Shown here in pieces: positions 1 through 9,009 of a DNA stretch of 64,000 nucleotides (the stretch's first letter is position 1; every line of letters starts with the position of its first letter). The translations under genes were made by a program, and so were the position numbers. The notes under the pieces were generated by a model, which searched no databases, had not been told where the DNA came from, and saw only the letters and a program-made list of their open reading frames with translations. The stretch comes from an uncultured bacterium (GTDB lineage: Bacteria; Actinomycetota; Acidimicrobiia; Spongiisociales; UBA5794): assembly GCA_963801165.1 (NCBI GenBank), contig CAWDDT010000007.1, positions 64,001 through 128,000 on the forward strand, in the 5' to 3' direction.

Positions 1-290
1 TCGCCGGGGTCTCACAGAAAACCGGGTCGCTGACGCCGGGCAAGCGTGGCGACGTCATCGTGCTACGAACCGATCGGCCCAACATTGCCCCCATCAACGA
101 CCCGATCGGCGCAGTCGTGTGGGGGATGGACACCTCCAACATCGATTATGTGTTCGTCGCCGGTCGAGGCCTTGTTCGCGAGGGTTCGCTGACCGCCGAC
201 GTGGCTCGAGCCCGGGACCTGGCGGCACAGGCACAGGCCGAGGTGATGGCCGCCGCGGGGCTCCTGAGCACGGCGGTGAAGCCGTCATGA
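1..290 (+). CDS. Amidohydrolase family protein, C-terminal part (5' truncated by window edge)
   Basis: Frame open from position 3; GSLTPGKRGDVIVL...NIDYVFVAG is the typical amidohydrolase C-terminal signature; TGA overlaps the next ATG (ATGA 287-290). Confidence 0.85.
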   Translation, partial: AGVSQKTGSLTPGKRGDVIVLRTDRPNIAPINDPIGAVVWGMDTSNIDYVFVAGRGLVREGSLTADVARARDLAAQAQAEVMAAAGLLSTAVKPS

Positions 291-1339
291 CCACCCGGAA
301 GACGACATCCTCGGCCGTGACCTCGTTCGTGGTCGCGTCGCGCTACATGCCGGTCTTCGTGGCTCTACTTCTGCTCATCGTTGTCGCGGCGATCTGGGTG
401 CCGGAGACTCTGGGCGCAGTCCCCCTGGCGGCCATCGCACCGTTCGGAGCGTTGCTCGGGATCACCGCACTCGGTCAGATGCAGGTAGTCATGACCGGCG
501 GGATAGACCTGAGCACCCCTGGCACCCTGACTCTGGCGGCGATGATCATGGTCGGCGTCGGGGATGGATCCGACGACCGCATCTGGATTGCCGCGTTTAC
601 CGCAATCGCCGTCGCTGCCTTGATCGGACTGGTGAACGGCATCCTCATCGGCGGCATCAAGCTCAATCCGCTCATCGTCACTCTCGCCGTCGGTCAGGTC
701 GTCGCCGGGATGGTCAGCCGCTACGTACGCACATTCCCGATTCAAAGCGCGGTCCCGAAGGGGCTTTCCGATTGGACCGCCAAGCGGATCCTCGGCGTCA
801 GCCCGATCTTCTGGATCGGCATCGTTGTCGCCCTGCTTCTCATGGTCGGCCTGCGCTACACCACCGCGGGGCGCCGGTTCAAGCTCGTGGGAGCGAACCC
901 CGTGTCGTCGCAGGTGGTCGGAGTACGGGTGACGTTGACGCAGATCCTCGTCTACGTGGTGGCGTCAATGTTCTATGCGATTGCCGGCATTGCTCTCGCC
1001 GGTCTCATCCGCAACCCGGGCGTCAACATCGGGTCGCCCTATCTGCTCGGTCCGATCGCGGCCGTTGTCATCGGCGGCGCTTCCCTGACCGGTGGTCTGG
1101 CCAGCCCGGTGTCCACGATGGTCGCCGCCTTCTTCCTCACAGGTCTCAATCAGATGATGCGCTCGCTAGGGCTGGCGACTGCGCTCCAGTTCGTTGTATT
1201 CGGTCTCGTGATCATCGGCGGCATGTTGCTGTCCGGAGATCGGATCATCCGGGGCGTGGAGCAGGTTCTGCGGGAGCGCCGCAAGCCCGACAGCGAGGGC
1301 AAGGGACAGACAGCGATGGCGACGAGTGAGCCGGGTTGA
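287..1339 (+). CDS. Sugar-type ABC transporter permease (RbsC-like)
   Basis: Multiple TM segments, TGGIDLS and IAAVVIGGASLTGG motifs; start at the ATGA overlap rather than 119. Confidence 0.92.
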   Translation: MTTRKTTSSAVTSFVVASRYMPVFVALLLLIVVAAIWVPETLGAVPLAAIAPFGALLGITALGQMQVVMTGGIDLSTPGTLTLAAMIMVGVGDGSDDRIWIAAFTAIAVAALIGLVNGILIGGIKLNPLIVTLAVGQVVAGMVSRYVRTFPIQSAVPKGLSDWTAKRILGVSPIFWIGIVVALLLMVGLRYTTAGRRFKLVGANPVSSQVVGVRVTLTQILVYVVASMFYAIAGIALAGLIRNPGVNIGSPYLLGPIAAVVIGGASLTGGLASPVSTMVAAFFLTGLNQMMRSLGLATALQFVVFGLVIIGGMLLSGDRIIRGVEQVLRERRKPDSEGKGQTAMATSEPG

Positions 1340-1394
1340 CCGCGAGGTCGAGCGGGAACACGAAGCGCGTTTTGGCAACCAGGAGGAGGAGAGA

Positions 1395-2789
1395 ATGAGA
1401 CTGAGCAAGATCGTCGGCCTGATCGCAGTGCTTGCGATGGTGGCCGCCGCGTGCGGGGGCGACTCCGGCAGTACGACGACGACGACGGCAGGTGCCGCCG
1501 AGACAACGACGACTACAGCCGCGGCGACGACAACAACCGGAGCGACCGCGACAACCGAGGCTACGACGACGGCGGCGCCGGGGGGCGACAACCCGCTGGC
1601 CATGTACGGCGAAGATCCCACGGCAGCAGACCCGGCGCTGGTCCTCAAGGCGCTAGGCCCCGTCGACCCATCGGACGAAGCCAGCTGGAACATCATCCTG
1701 GCTTCCATAGCTCGCGCCAACCAGAACCTCGACGAAGCCACCATTACCAAGGCGATGGACTGCTGGCGCAACCAGGAGTGCGACACCGGAAGTGGCGGCG
1801 ACCTGGTGATGGGCTACGCCGACGGCGGCGGTGACACCGTCAACGTGTGGCGCGGTGTTAGCCACATGGAGGCAATCCTCCAGGCACTCAGCTATCCGGA
1901 AATCGGGACAATCGTGTCAACGGCGGCCAACTTCGATCAGGACCCGGCAGTGCACGCCAACGACATCCGCTTCCTGATCCAGCGTGGTGTCGACTTCATC
2001 GTCGGATACCCCGATGTTGGTGTTGCTCTTGCGCAGGCAGTCTCCGAAGCGGAGGCGGCAGGCATCCCGTACCTCTCCTTCTCGGCCGGCTATGTGGGCT
2101 TGCCGGGTCAGGAGGGTGCGCTCGTTCCCGGTCAGGATTACACCTCGGTGGTTGGTGAGGATCTCTGCGCCCTCGGGAAGAGCTTCGCCGACGTGCTGAA
2201 CCAGGGAGTCGGTACAGGTAAGGTCGGCATGCTCGGTGGGACACCCGGCAATGCCCTGACGCTCGGCTGGCAGCAGTGTGCGGTGGCGGCCCTTGCGCCT
2301 GGTGTCGACCTGGTCAACCCACCCGCAGACACAAACTCGACAACAGGCGACACATACTGGGTCAACTCGTTTGCGCTCGACGCGGTGCGGGGCCTGCTGA
2401 CGACCAACCCCGACATCAAGGGCTGGGCGTACGAGTACTCGGATGGCCTCTACACCGCCCTCCAGGCGTACGACGAGTTGAACATCCCGGTGGCGAACCT
2501 GACGGTGGCGCTGCGTACGGACGAGCAGACCCTGTTCTGCGACTGGGCGGATCGCAACGAACCGACGTACAACATCTGGTACTCGGCCGGTGGCAACTTC
2601 CAGTCCCGCACTGCGGTGACCGCCGCCATGCTGGCGCTCCAGGGCGCTGAGGTCCCAGGTCAGATCATCGTGCCCCACGTGATGAGACAGGTCACCAAGT
2701 CGGACTGCAACCCGGATCGGGTCAACGCGGTCGTGTCGGGGACCTCGCTCGTGCCCGACGCCGTGCTGCAGCAGATGTTCGGCGGCTGA
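1395..2789 (+). CDS. ABC transporter substrate-binding lipoprotein (periplasmic binding protein type 1)
   Basis: AGGAGGAG RBS before ATG 1395; lipobox VAAA-C; Thr/Ala-rich linker; lies between permease and ATPase. Confidence 0.88.
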   Translation: MRLSKIVGLIAVLAMVAAACGGDSGSTTTTTAGAAETTTTTAAATTTTGATATTEATTTAAPGGDNPLAMYGEDPTAADPALVLKALGPVDPSDEASWNIILASIARANQNLDEATITKAMDCWRNQECDTGSGGDLVMGYADGGGDTVNVWRGVSHMEAILQALSYPEIGTIVSTAANFDQDPAVHANDIRFLIQRGVDFIVGYPDVGVALAQAVSEAEAAGIPYLSFSAGYVGLPGQEGALVPGQDYTSVVGEDLCALGKSFADVLNQGVGTGKVGMLGGTPGNALTLGWQQCAVAALAPGVDLVNPPADTNSTTGDTYWVNSFALDAVRGLLTTNPDIKGWAYEYSDGLYTALQAYDELNIPVANLTVALRTDEQTLFCDWADRNEPTYNIWYSAGGNFQSRTAVTAAMLALQGAEVPGQIIVPHVMRQVTKSDCNPDRVNAVVSGTSLVPDAVLQQMFGG

Positions 2790-2815
2790 TCACAAGCAGT
2801 CATGGAGGAGCGTCG

Positions 2816-4381
2816 ATGGACCATGAGCTAGTTCTCGAGATGCAGGGCGTGTCTCGCCAGTTCGGGGCGGTGCGAGCGCTGACGAACGTCAGCTTCGAGT
2901 GCCGCGCCGGTGAGATACATGCGCTGGTTGGTGAGAACGGCTCGGGGAAATCGACGCTCCTCGGGGTTGCTTCAGGATTCGTAGACCCCGACCTGGGCAC
3001 GGTGTCGATCGGGGGCAACCGGCTGCGGCGGGACTCTCCCGCCATGGCCCGCAAGCTCGGTCTGGCGATGGCCTATCAGGACGGCTCGTCCGTCCACGCC
3101 GAGCCGGTCAAGAACAACTTGTATTACGCCGCGCGTCCGGCCCAGCGGCCGCCGTACTGGCGCAGGAAGAAGTGGGCGCGCCGGGTGCTGGCGGAGTTTG
3201 ACCTGGACCTCGAGCTCTTCCCCGACGCGCCTGCCGGTTTCTTGACGCTGGCCGAGCGCCAGCTCTTCGAGGTAGCGAAGGCACTCGTGACCCATCCCAG
3301 GGTGCTGCTCCTCGACGAGCCGACGACGGCCCTTGGACCCGATGAGGTCGAGGCCCTGCACCGCACCGTGGTCGCCTGCCGGGACCGGGGTGTCGGTGTG
3401 GTGTATGTCAGCCACCGGCTGCCCGAGGTGCTCGAGGTCGCAGACCGGGTGACCGTCCTCCGCGACGGGACGCATCAGGGGACGTTCGACGCCAGGACGA
3501 CGAGCGAATCGGAGCTCGTGGAGCGAATCGTCGGGCGTCCTTTCGATGCGGCCTTCCCACCCCCGGCAACGTCACCGGACGATGGCGAGGAAGTGTTCGT
3601 CGTCGACGCCCTGCAAGGGCAGTCGTTCGGCCCGGTCAGCTTTACGCTGCGCCGGGGCGAGATAGTGGGGATCGCCGGCGCCGAAGGCAACGGCCAGCCG
3701 CAGCTCTTCGACTGTCTCGCCGGTCGGGTTCCTCCCCGTACCGGGCGCGTTGTATGCGACGGCAAGGAGCTGACGCTCATCTCTACCCACGAAGCGGTCG
3801 GTGCGGGGGTCATGCTGCTGCCGGGAAATCGCAAGCAGGAGGCCCTGATGGGAGTCCTCGGGGTGAAGGCGAACATCACGATCCAGTCACTAAAGAAGTT
3901 CTCACGGTTCGGCCTGCTGCGAAGGCGGGCGGAGCGGGTCGCGGTCAAACGGCTCGTGGATGAGATGGAGATCAGAACCCCGTCGCTCGACCAGCCGGTC
4001 GAGTTTCTCTCCGGCGGCAACCAGCAGAAGGTGTCGGTGGCCCGCTCGTTCCTCAGAGAGCCTGCGGTGATCCTGGCTTACGAGCCGACCCAGGGGGTCG
4101 ACGTTGGATCGCGCTTCGATATCTACAAGGCGCTGCGAGCCCGGGGGGACGCCGGGGCCGCCCTGCTCGTCAAGTCCAGCGACCCGATCGAGCTCTCGGG
4201 GCTGTGCAACCGCGTTCTGGTCATGTCACGGGGCACAATCATCGAGGAGATTCCCGGCGACGAGCTCGATGAGGTGCGCATTGTCGAGGCGATCGTGCGC
4301 GGTCCGGGAATGTCGAAGGCGGCCCGGTCGCCGCTGGGCGTTGCCATGCCCAAGGCCCCGATCCGCAAAGAGGCATCATGA
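2816..4381 (+). CDS. Sugar ABC transporter ATP-binding protein (RbsA-like, two NBDs)
   Basis: GENGSGKS Walker A, LLLDEPT, VSHRL, LSGGNQQK in second NBD; GGAGGAG RBS. Confidence 0.95.
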   Translation: MDHELVLEMQGVSRQFGAVRALTNVSFECRAGEIHALVGENGSGKSTLLGVASGFVDPDLGTVSIGGNRLRRDSPAMARKLGLAMAYQDGSSVHAEPVKNNLYYAARPAQRPPYWRRKKWARRVLAEFDLDLELFPDAPAGFLTLAERQLFEVAKALVTHPRVLLLDEPTTALGPDEVEALHRTVVACRDRGVGVVYVSHRLPEVLEVADRVTVLRDGTHQGTFDARTTSESELVERIVGRPFDAAFPPPATSPDDGEEVFVVDALQGQSFGPVSFTLRRGEIVGIAGAEGNGQPQLFDCLAGRVPPRTGRVVCDGKELTLISTHEAVGAGVMLLPGNRKQEALMGVLGVKANITIQSLKKFSRFGLLRRRAERVAVKRLVDEMEIRTPSLDQPVEFLSGGNQQKVSVARSFLREPAVILAYEPTQGVDVGSRFDIYKALRARGDAGAALLVKSSDPIELSGLCNRVLVMSRGTIIEEIPGDELDEVRIVEAIVRGPGMSKAARSPLGVAMPKAPIRKEAS

Positions 4382-6846
4382 CCGCCGAGATGCGAGCCAC
4401 CGGCATCGACCGGATACGTCAGCTCGGCCGCAAGCTGGTGCGCAACGCCCGTGACAAGAACAAGTGGCGCAAAGTAGTCAAGGTCCGGCTCTGGATGCCG
4501 GTCGTGCTCCAGATCTTGTTGATCATGGCCCTCCTCTGGTACACCAGCACCCGCTTCAACGGGTTCATCAATCAGGCGAACATCCTCAACATCCTGCTGC
4601 TGGCAATGCCGCTCTCCCTGGCCGCGATCGCCCAGACCCATGCGATTCTGGTCGGATACCTCGACCTGTCGGTCGGTGCGATGATCAGCTTCGGGGTCGT
4701 TGCCGGCTCCTTCCTCATGGGCGCCGACGCGTCGGCAGGCCAGATCGCTCTCGCGATCCCGGTCATCCTCGGCTGCGGTGTCGGTCTCGGTCTGGTCAAC
4801 GCCGGTCTGATTCGTGGGTTCAGGATCCCGTCGTTGATTGCAACTCTCGCCACGTTGAGCATTCTCGACGGGATCTCGCTGACGCTGCGACCTTCCGCAC
4901 AAGGGGTCATCAGCGGCGACCTGGTTTCCGTTCTCACCAAGCGCATTGGACCGATCCCCATCGCCTTCGTCGTCATCGTCGTCGGTGCCGTGCTTCTCGA
5001 CGTTTGGCTGCATGCCTCGGGGTCCGGGCTTGCGGTGCGGGCGGTCGGATTCGACGAGCGGGCGGCCAAGCGGGGCGGGATACCCACAAACTGGATTCGG
5101 GTGCGGGCGCTGATTCTCTCCAGCCTGCTGGCGGCCGTCGCTGCGTTCTTCGTGATGGCTAGATCGCCGATCGGTAATCCCCAGATCGGCTCTCCCTTCG
5201 CGTTGAACAGCATCACCGCAGCCGTTCTCGGCGGTGCATCGCTGGCGGGAGGCCGGGCGACATTCGTCGGCAGTACGGTCGCCTCCATTTTGCTCGCCTT
5301 GATCATCTCTGTGCTGCCGTTCCTGGGCCTGTCTCCGGACGACGGCTCGATGATCATCGGTCTGCTCGTGCTGATCGGGATCGTGCTCTTCCAGGTCGGG
5401 GATCTCAAAGAGTTGGTCAAGCGCAACTTCAGGCGAGCCCGCCGGCTTGTTCTCGGCAGCGGGGTCGTCGACAAGACGGAGATCCCGGCGTTCTACCCGC
5501 AGGGGACAGACTTCGCGGTTGTCCCCACCGGCCGGAAGTTGATCAAGAACGGCATCATCTTGACTCTGGATCAGACCATTGGAGATCTCCTCCCCGGGGA
5601 TGTCCTCATCGAGGATGACCGAATCGTCCGGGTGGCCCCGGAGATCGCCGTCGATGGCGCCGAGGTCATCGATGCCACCGGGATGATCGTGATGCCGGGC
5701 TTCATCGATACTCATCGCCACATCTGGGAGGGTCTGCTGCGCAACCTCGGCACCGATGTTCCGCTGGAGGGGAGGACGAGCTACATATCGTTCGTTCTCC
5801 ACAAGCTGGCGCCTGCCTTCCGTCCGGAGGACGCCTATGTGGGCGACCTCGTGTCGGCTCTCGGTGCTATCGATGCCGGGGTCACGACGTTGCTCGACTG
5901 GTCGCACATCCAGGGGTCACCGGCTCACACCGATGCAGTCGTCCAGGCGTTGAACGACTCCGGGATGCGTGCCGTCTTCGCCTATGGCTTTCCTTGGTGG
6001 GGCAAGTGGGAGGAGCGCCAGCCGAGCTGGTTCGTCCGCGCCGCCACCGAGCACTTCTCGACGCAGGACCAGAAGCTGTCGCTCGCCCTGGCGGCTCCCG
6101 GTCCCGAGTTCACGGACTTCGAAGTATCCCGGGACCATTGGAAACTGGCGAGAGAGACAGGCGCCAGGATCACCACCCACGTCGGGGTGGGCAGCTACGG
6201 ACTGGACTCAAAGGTGCAGGAGATGGGCGAAGCCGGCTTGCTCGGTCCCGACACGACTTACATCCACTGCACGACCCTCAACGACACCGAGATCCAGATG
6301 ATCGTCGATACCGGGGGGACCGTCTCGCTTGCTTCGCCGGTGGAGATGATGATGGGTCATGGCATGCCGCCGATCCAGAAGTTCCTCGATCGCGGCCTTC
6401 ATCCCAGCCTCAGCGTCGATGTCGAGACAAACGTGCCCTCCGACATGTTCAATCAGATGCGCTCGGTGCTCGGTTTGCAGAGGAACCTGGCCGCGGCGAG
6501 CGGGCGGGATCCGATCTCGGCCCGCGACGTGCTGTCCTACGCGACCATCGAGGGCGCCCGGGCCACCGGGCTCGATGCCAAGGTGGGAACCCTGACGCCG
6601 GGCAAGAAGGCCGACCTCATCCTGTTGCGGACCGACCGGATGAACGTCACTCCGCTCAACGACCCGGTGACCTCAGTTGTGCTCGGCATGGACACGGGCA
6701 ACGTCGACACCGTGATCATCGACGGCAGGATCATGAAACGCAGCGGGAAGCTGCTGCACGTCAACTGGCCGGCGCTGCGACGCCAGATCGACGAGTCACG
6801 AGATCATGTGATCGCCAAGTCGGGTTTCCGTCTCCCGAAGATCTGA
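4378..6846 (+). CDS. Fusion: RbsC-like ABC permease (N-term, about 340 aa) + metal-dependent amidohydrolase (C-term, about 440 aa)
   Basis: GYLDLSVG and AAVLGGASLAGG permease motifs, then in the same frame without a stop KLIKNGIILTLD, PGFIDTHRH (HxH), YIHCT, SVD, GTLTPGKKADL. Confidence 0.88.
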   Translation: MTAEMRATGIDRIRQLGRKLVRNARDKNKWRKVVKVRLWMPVVLQILLIMALLWYTSTRFNGFINQANILNILLLAMPLSLAAIAQTHAILVGYLDLSVGAMISFGVVAGSFLMGADASAGQIALAIPVILGCGVGLGLVNAGLIRGFRIPSLIATLATLSILDGISLTLRPSAQGVISGDLVSVLTKRIGPIPIAFVVIVVGAVLLDVWLHASGSGLAVRAVGFDERAAKRGGIPTNWIRVRALILSSLLAAVAAFFVMARSPIGNPQIGSPFALNSITAAVLGGASLAGGRATFVGSTVASILLALIISVLPFLGLSPDDGSMIIGLLVLIGIVLFQVGDLKELVKRNFRRARRLVLGSGVVDKTEIPAFYPQGTDFAVVPTGRKLIKNGIILTLDQTIGDLLPGDVLIEDDRIVRVAPEIAVDGAEVIDATGMIVMPGFIDTHRHIWEGLLRNLGTDVPLEGRTSYISFVLHKLAPAFRPEDAYVGDLVSALGAIDAGVTTLLDWSHIQGSPAHTDAVVQALNDSGMRAVFAYGFPWWGKWEERQPSWFVRAATEHFSTQDQKLSLALAAPGPEFTDFEVSRDHWKLARETGARITTHVGVGSYGLDSKVQEMGEAGLLGPDTTYIHCTTLNDTEIQMIVDTGGTVSLASPVEMMMGHGMPPIQKFLDRGLHPSLSVDVETNVPSDMFNQMRSVLGLQRNLAAASGRDPISARDVLSYATIEGARATGLDAKVGTLTPGKKADLILLRTDRMNVTPLNDPVTSVVLGMDTGNVDTVIIDGRIMKRSGKLLHVNWPALRRQIDESRDHVIAKSGFRLPKI

Positions 6847-6853
6847 GCTCGCC

Positions 6854-8035
6854 TTACGGTATCTCCCCGGCGAACTGGATCATCCCCCACTCACCATCGG
6901 TCAGCCACGTGGGGTCGGTGGCCAGGGCGTCCCGCGCCACCGCGGGGGCGACGCCGGCCGCAACCAGGGACTTGGCCGCACGCACCGCCAGCAGCGGCTG
7001 GAGCGGACGCACGATCTTCTCGAATGGTGTCGTCGGGTCCCAATGGAGGTCGCCGAGCAGCCTCCTGTAGTTGGCGTCACCCTTGACGATGACCAGGTCG
7101 GCCTCCGCCAGGTAGTCGACGAGGTCGGGTGGGCACTCCCAGAAAGGCAGAGGGGACACCCAGAAAGGATGCGTCGTGACAACTAGAGACCCGTTGCCCC
7201 GGCTCTTGGTGAGGATCCCGGCAACCTCGGACGCCGGTGCCGGCTCGGTGGCGAGACGGGCAATCGTCGCTTCGAAATCGGGGAGTGTCACATCCGATAC
7301 GAACGTCGGGTGCGGTTTGAGGTGGATGGTCACCCGGCCGCCGCGGCCGAGGACATGTGCCGTAACCATGAGGTCGGCAACCAGCTCGGCGCCGGCATTG
7401 TCGAGAATCAGGTGCACGGAGTTGGAACCTTCGCCGAGCAGCTCGACGGCGCGATCTGTGTCGTCCGCCAGGAGCCGTTCCGAGCGGTTCAATCCGAGGA
7501 TGTCGGCTGTCCGAGCCGCCGCTTCGCGCTCACCGGCCGGCCACAGGCTGAGATCCACGCGGTTGGCCCACAGTGAAGCTGCGAGCAAGATCGGAAGCTC
7601 GTCGACCACATGCCCGAGCCGCCCGCCGAGGGGAACGGCGCCATCGAGCCCGATCGCCTTCTGAGCGGTGAACGGGTCGACACCCTCACGGTCGCCCGGC
7701 TGCGAGTACCCCGTTGCTGCCAGCAGCCGCCGGTAGAAGTACGTCTCGGCGAAGAACCACGGGATGTCGCGCCAGGTCATACCCAAATACGGTGCGACGT
7801 ACTCCTTCCAGGCGGCGGCGTCGGAGAGGAGCGGCTCGTCGATCTCTGCGACGACGCCCTCGTGTATCTCGGCCACGAGCGCTTCGACGAGGCTGGTCCG
7901 TGTGGCGTCGAGCTCGTTCTCGGCGAGGGTCCGGCGTGCGATGTCGGGGAGCCTGCGCATGACGGACTCTTCAGTGAACGTACCGATCTCGTTGGCTCGA
8001 AGCGAAGCTGGTCGCGGGTGCTTTGGTGGGATCAT
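6854..8035 (-). CDS. Damage-control phosphatase ARMT1/DUF89 family
   Basis: PWFFAETYFYRR, SLWANRVDLS, LDNAGAEL, FVSD, KGDANYRRL motifs; start at ATG 8035 inferred. Confidence 0.88.
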   Translation of the reverse strand: MIPPKHPRPASLRANEIGTFTEESVMRRLPDIARRTLAENELDATRTSLVEALVAEIHEGVVAEIDEPLLSDAAAWKEYVAPYLGMTWRDIPWFFAETYFYRRLLAATGYSQPGDREGVDPFTAQKAIGLDGAVPLGGRLGHVVDELPILLAASLWANRVDLSLWPAGEREAAARTADILGLNRSERLLADDTDRAVELLGEGSNSVHLILDNAGAELVADLMVTAHVLGRGGRVTIHLKPHPTFVSDVTLPDFEATIARLATEPAPASEVAGILTKSRGNGSLVVTTHPFWVSPLPFWECPPDLVDYLAEADLVIVKGDANYRRLLGDLHWDPTTPFEKIVRPLQPLLAVRAAKSLVAAGVAPAVARDALATDPTWLTDGEWGMIQFAGEIP

Positions 8036-8154
8036 CGGCTTTCTCTTGGTCTTTGAGGGGCTGAACGATAACGCCACGAGAAGGGGCCACCTCCGCGGCT
8101 GGCCAGTCTCACGTCGGTAAGATGCCGCTCCGCGGTACGGGGACAGATGGCCAT

Positions 8155-9009
8155 ATGCCAACCGAGAACACCGAGGTCATTGCCCTCGAGAAGGTGTCGG
8201 TGGTCCGTGATGGCCACTACCTGCTGCGGGCCGTCGATTGGTGTGTCGCTCGTCATGAGCGCTGGGTCGTGCTCGGGCCAAACGGTGCAGGCAAGACAAC
8301 CATGCTCCAGGTGGCCTCGACGTACCTCGGCCCAACCCACGGCACGGTCCGGTTGCTCGGCAACGTGTACGGCAGAGTGGACGCACGAGCCCTCCGGGAG
8401 CGAATCGGCTATGCAGGGGCAGGTCCCGCAGGGCTCGTCAGGCCGGACCTGCGCACTCTCGATGTCGTTGTGACCGGTCGCCACGCATCGTTTGTTCCGA
8501 CCCGCTTTCACACCTACACAGATGACGACTGGCGCACCGCCCGGAACAACCTGGGTCGGCTCGCCGCAGGCCACCTCACCGACCGCCGATTCGGAACGCT
8601 GTCGTCGGGCGAGCGGCAGCGGGTGTTGATCGCCAGGAGCTTGATGACCCGGCCTGAGGTGCTGTTTCTCGACGAGGCCATGACCGGGCTGGACCTCGGG
8701 GCACGGGAGAGGCTGGTGGGCTCGCTTGCGGACCTGGCCGCCGACCCGGTCAGCCCCGCCGTGGTGTTGGTGACCCATCACGTCGAGGAGATCCCGCCGG
8801 GTTTCGGATACGTCTTGCTGATGAGAAACGGCAGCGTGGTCGTGTCGGGGCCGGTCGACGATGTGCTCACGGCAGACAGTCTGAGCGAGTGTTTCGAGCA
8901 GCCATTGCTCGTTGAGCGTCGCGATCGCCGCTACCACGCCTGGTCGAAGAATCGGCCGCAGGTGGTAGAGCCACCCGCGGCCGACGGAGGGGGACCCTCT
9001 TACTCGTGA
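8155..9009 (+). CDS. Stand-alone ABC ATP-binding protein (ModF-like)
   Basis: GPNGAGKT, LSSGERQR, LFLDE, VTHHVEEIPPG. Confidence 0.88.
   Translation: MPTENTEVIALEKVSVVRDGHYLLRAVDWCVARHERWVVLGPNGAGKTTMLQVASTYLGPTHGTVRLLGNVYGRVDARALRERIGYAGAGPAGLVRPDLRTLDVVVTGRHASFVPTRFHTYTDDDWRTARNNLGRLAAGHLTDRRFGTLSSGERQRVLIARSLMTRPEVLFLDEAMTGLDLGARERLVGSLADLAADPVSPAVVLVTHHVEEIPPGFGYVLLMRNGSVVVSGPVDDVLTADSLSECFEQPLLVERRDRRYHAWSKNRPQVVEPPAADGGGPSYS

Noticed and set aside
4123-5907. 594-aa minus-strand ORF opposite the ABC genes
   Set aside because: Fully overlaps well-supported + strand genes; typical high-GC shadow frame
8050-8120. ZMP/ZTP riboswitch (GACTGGC...GGTGG resemblance)
   Set aside because: Lacks the CACCGGGGAGC and 3' CGCCTGGG elements; kept only as a generic structured leader
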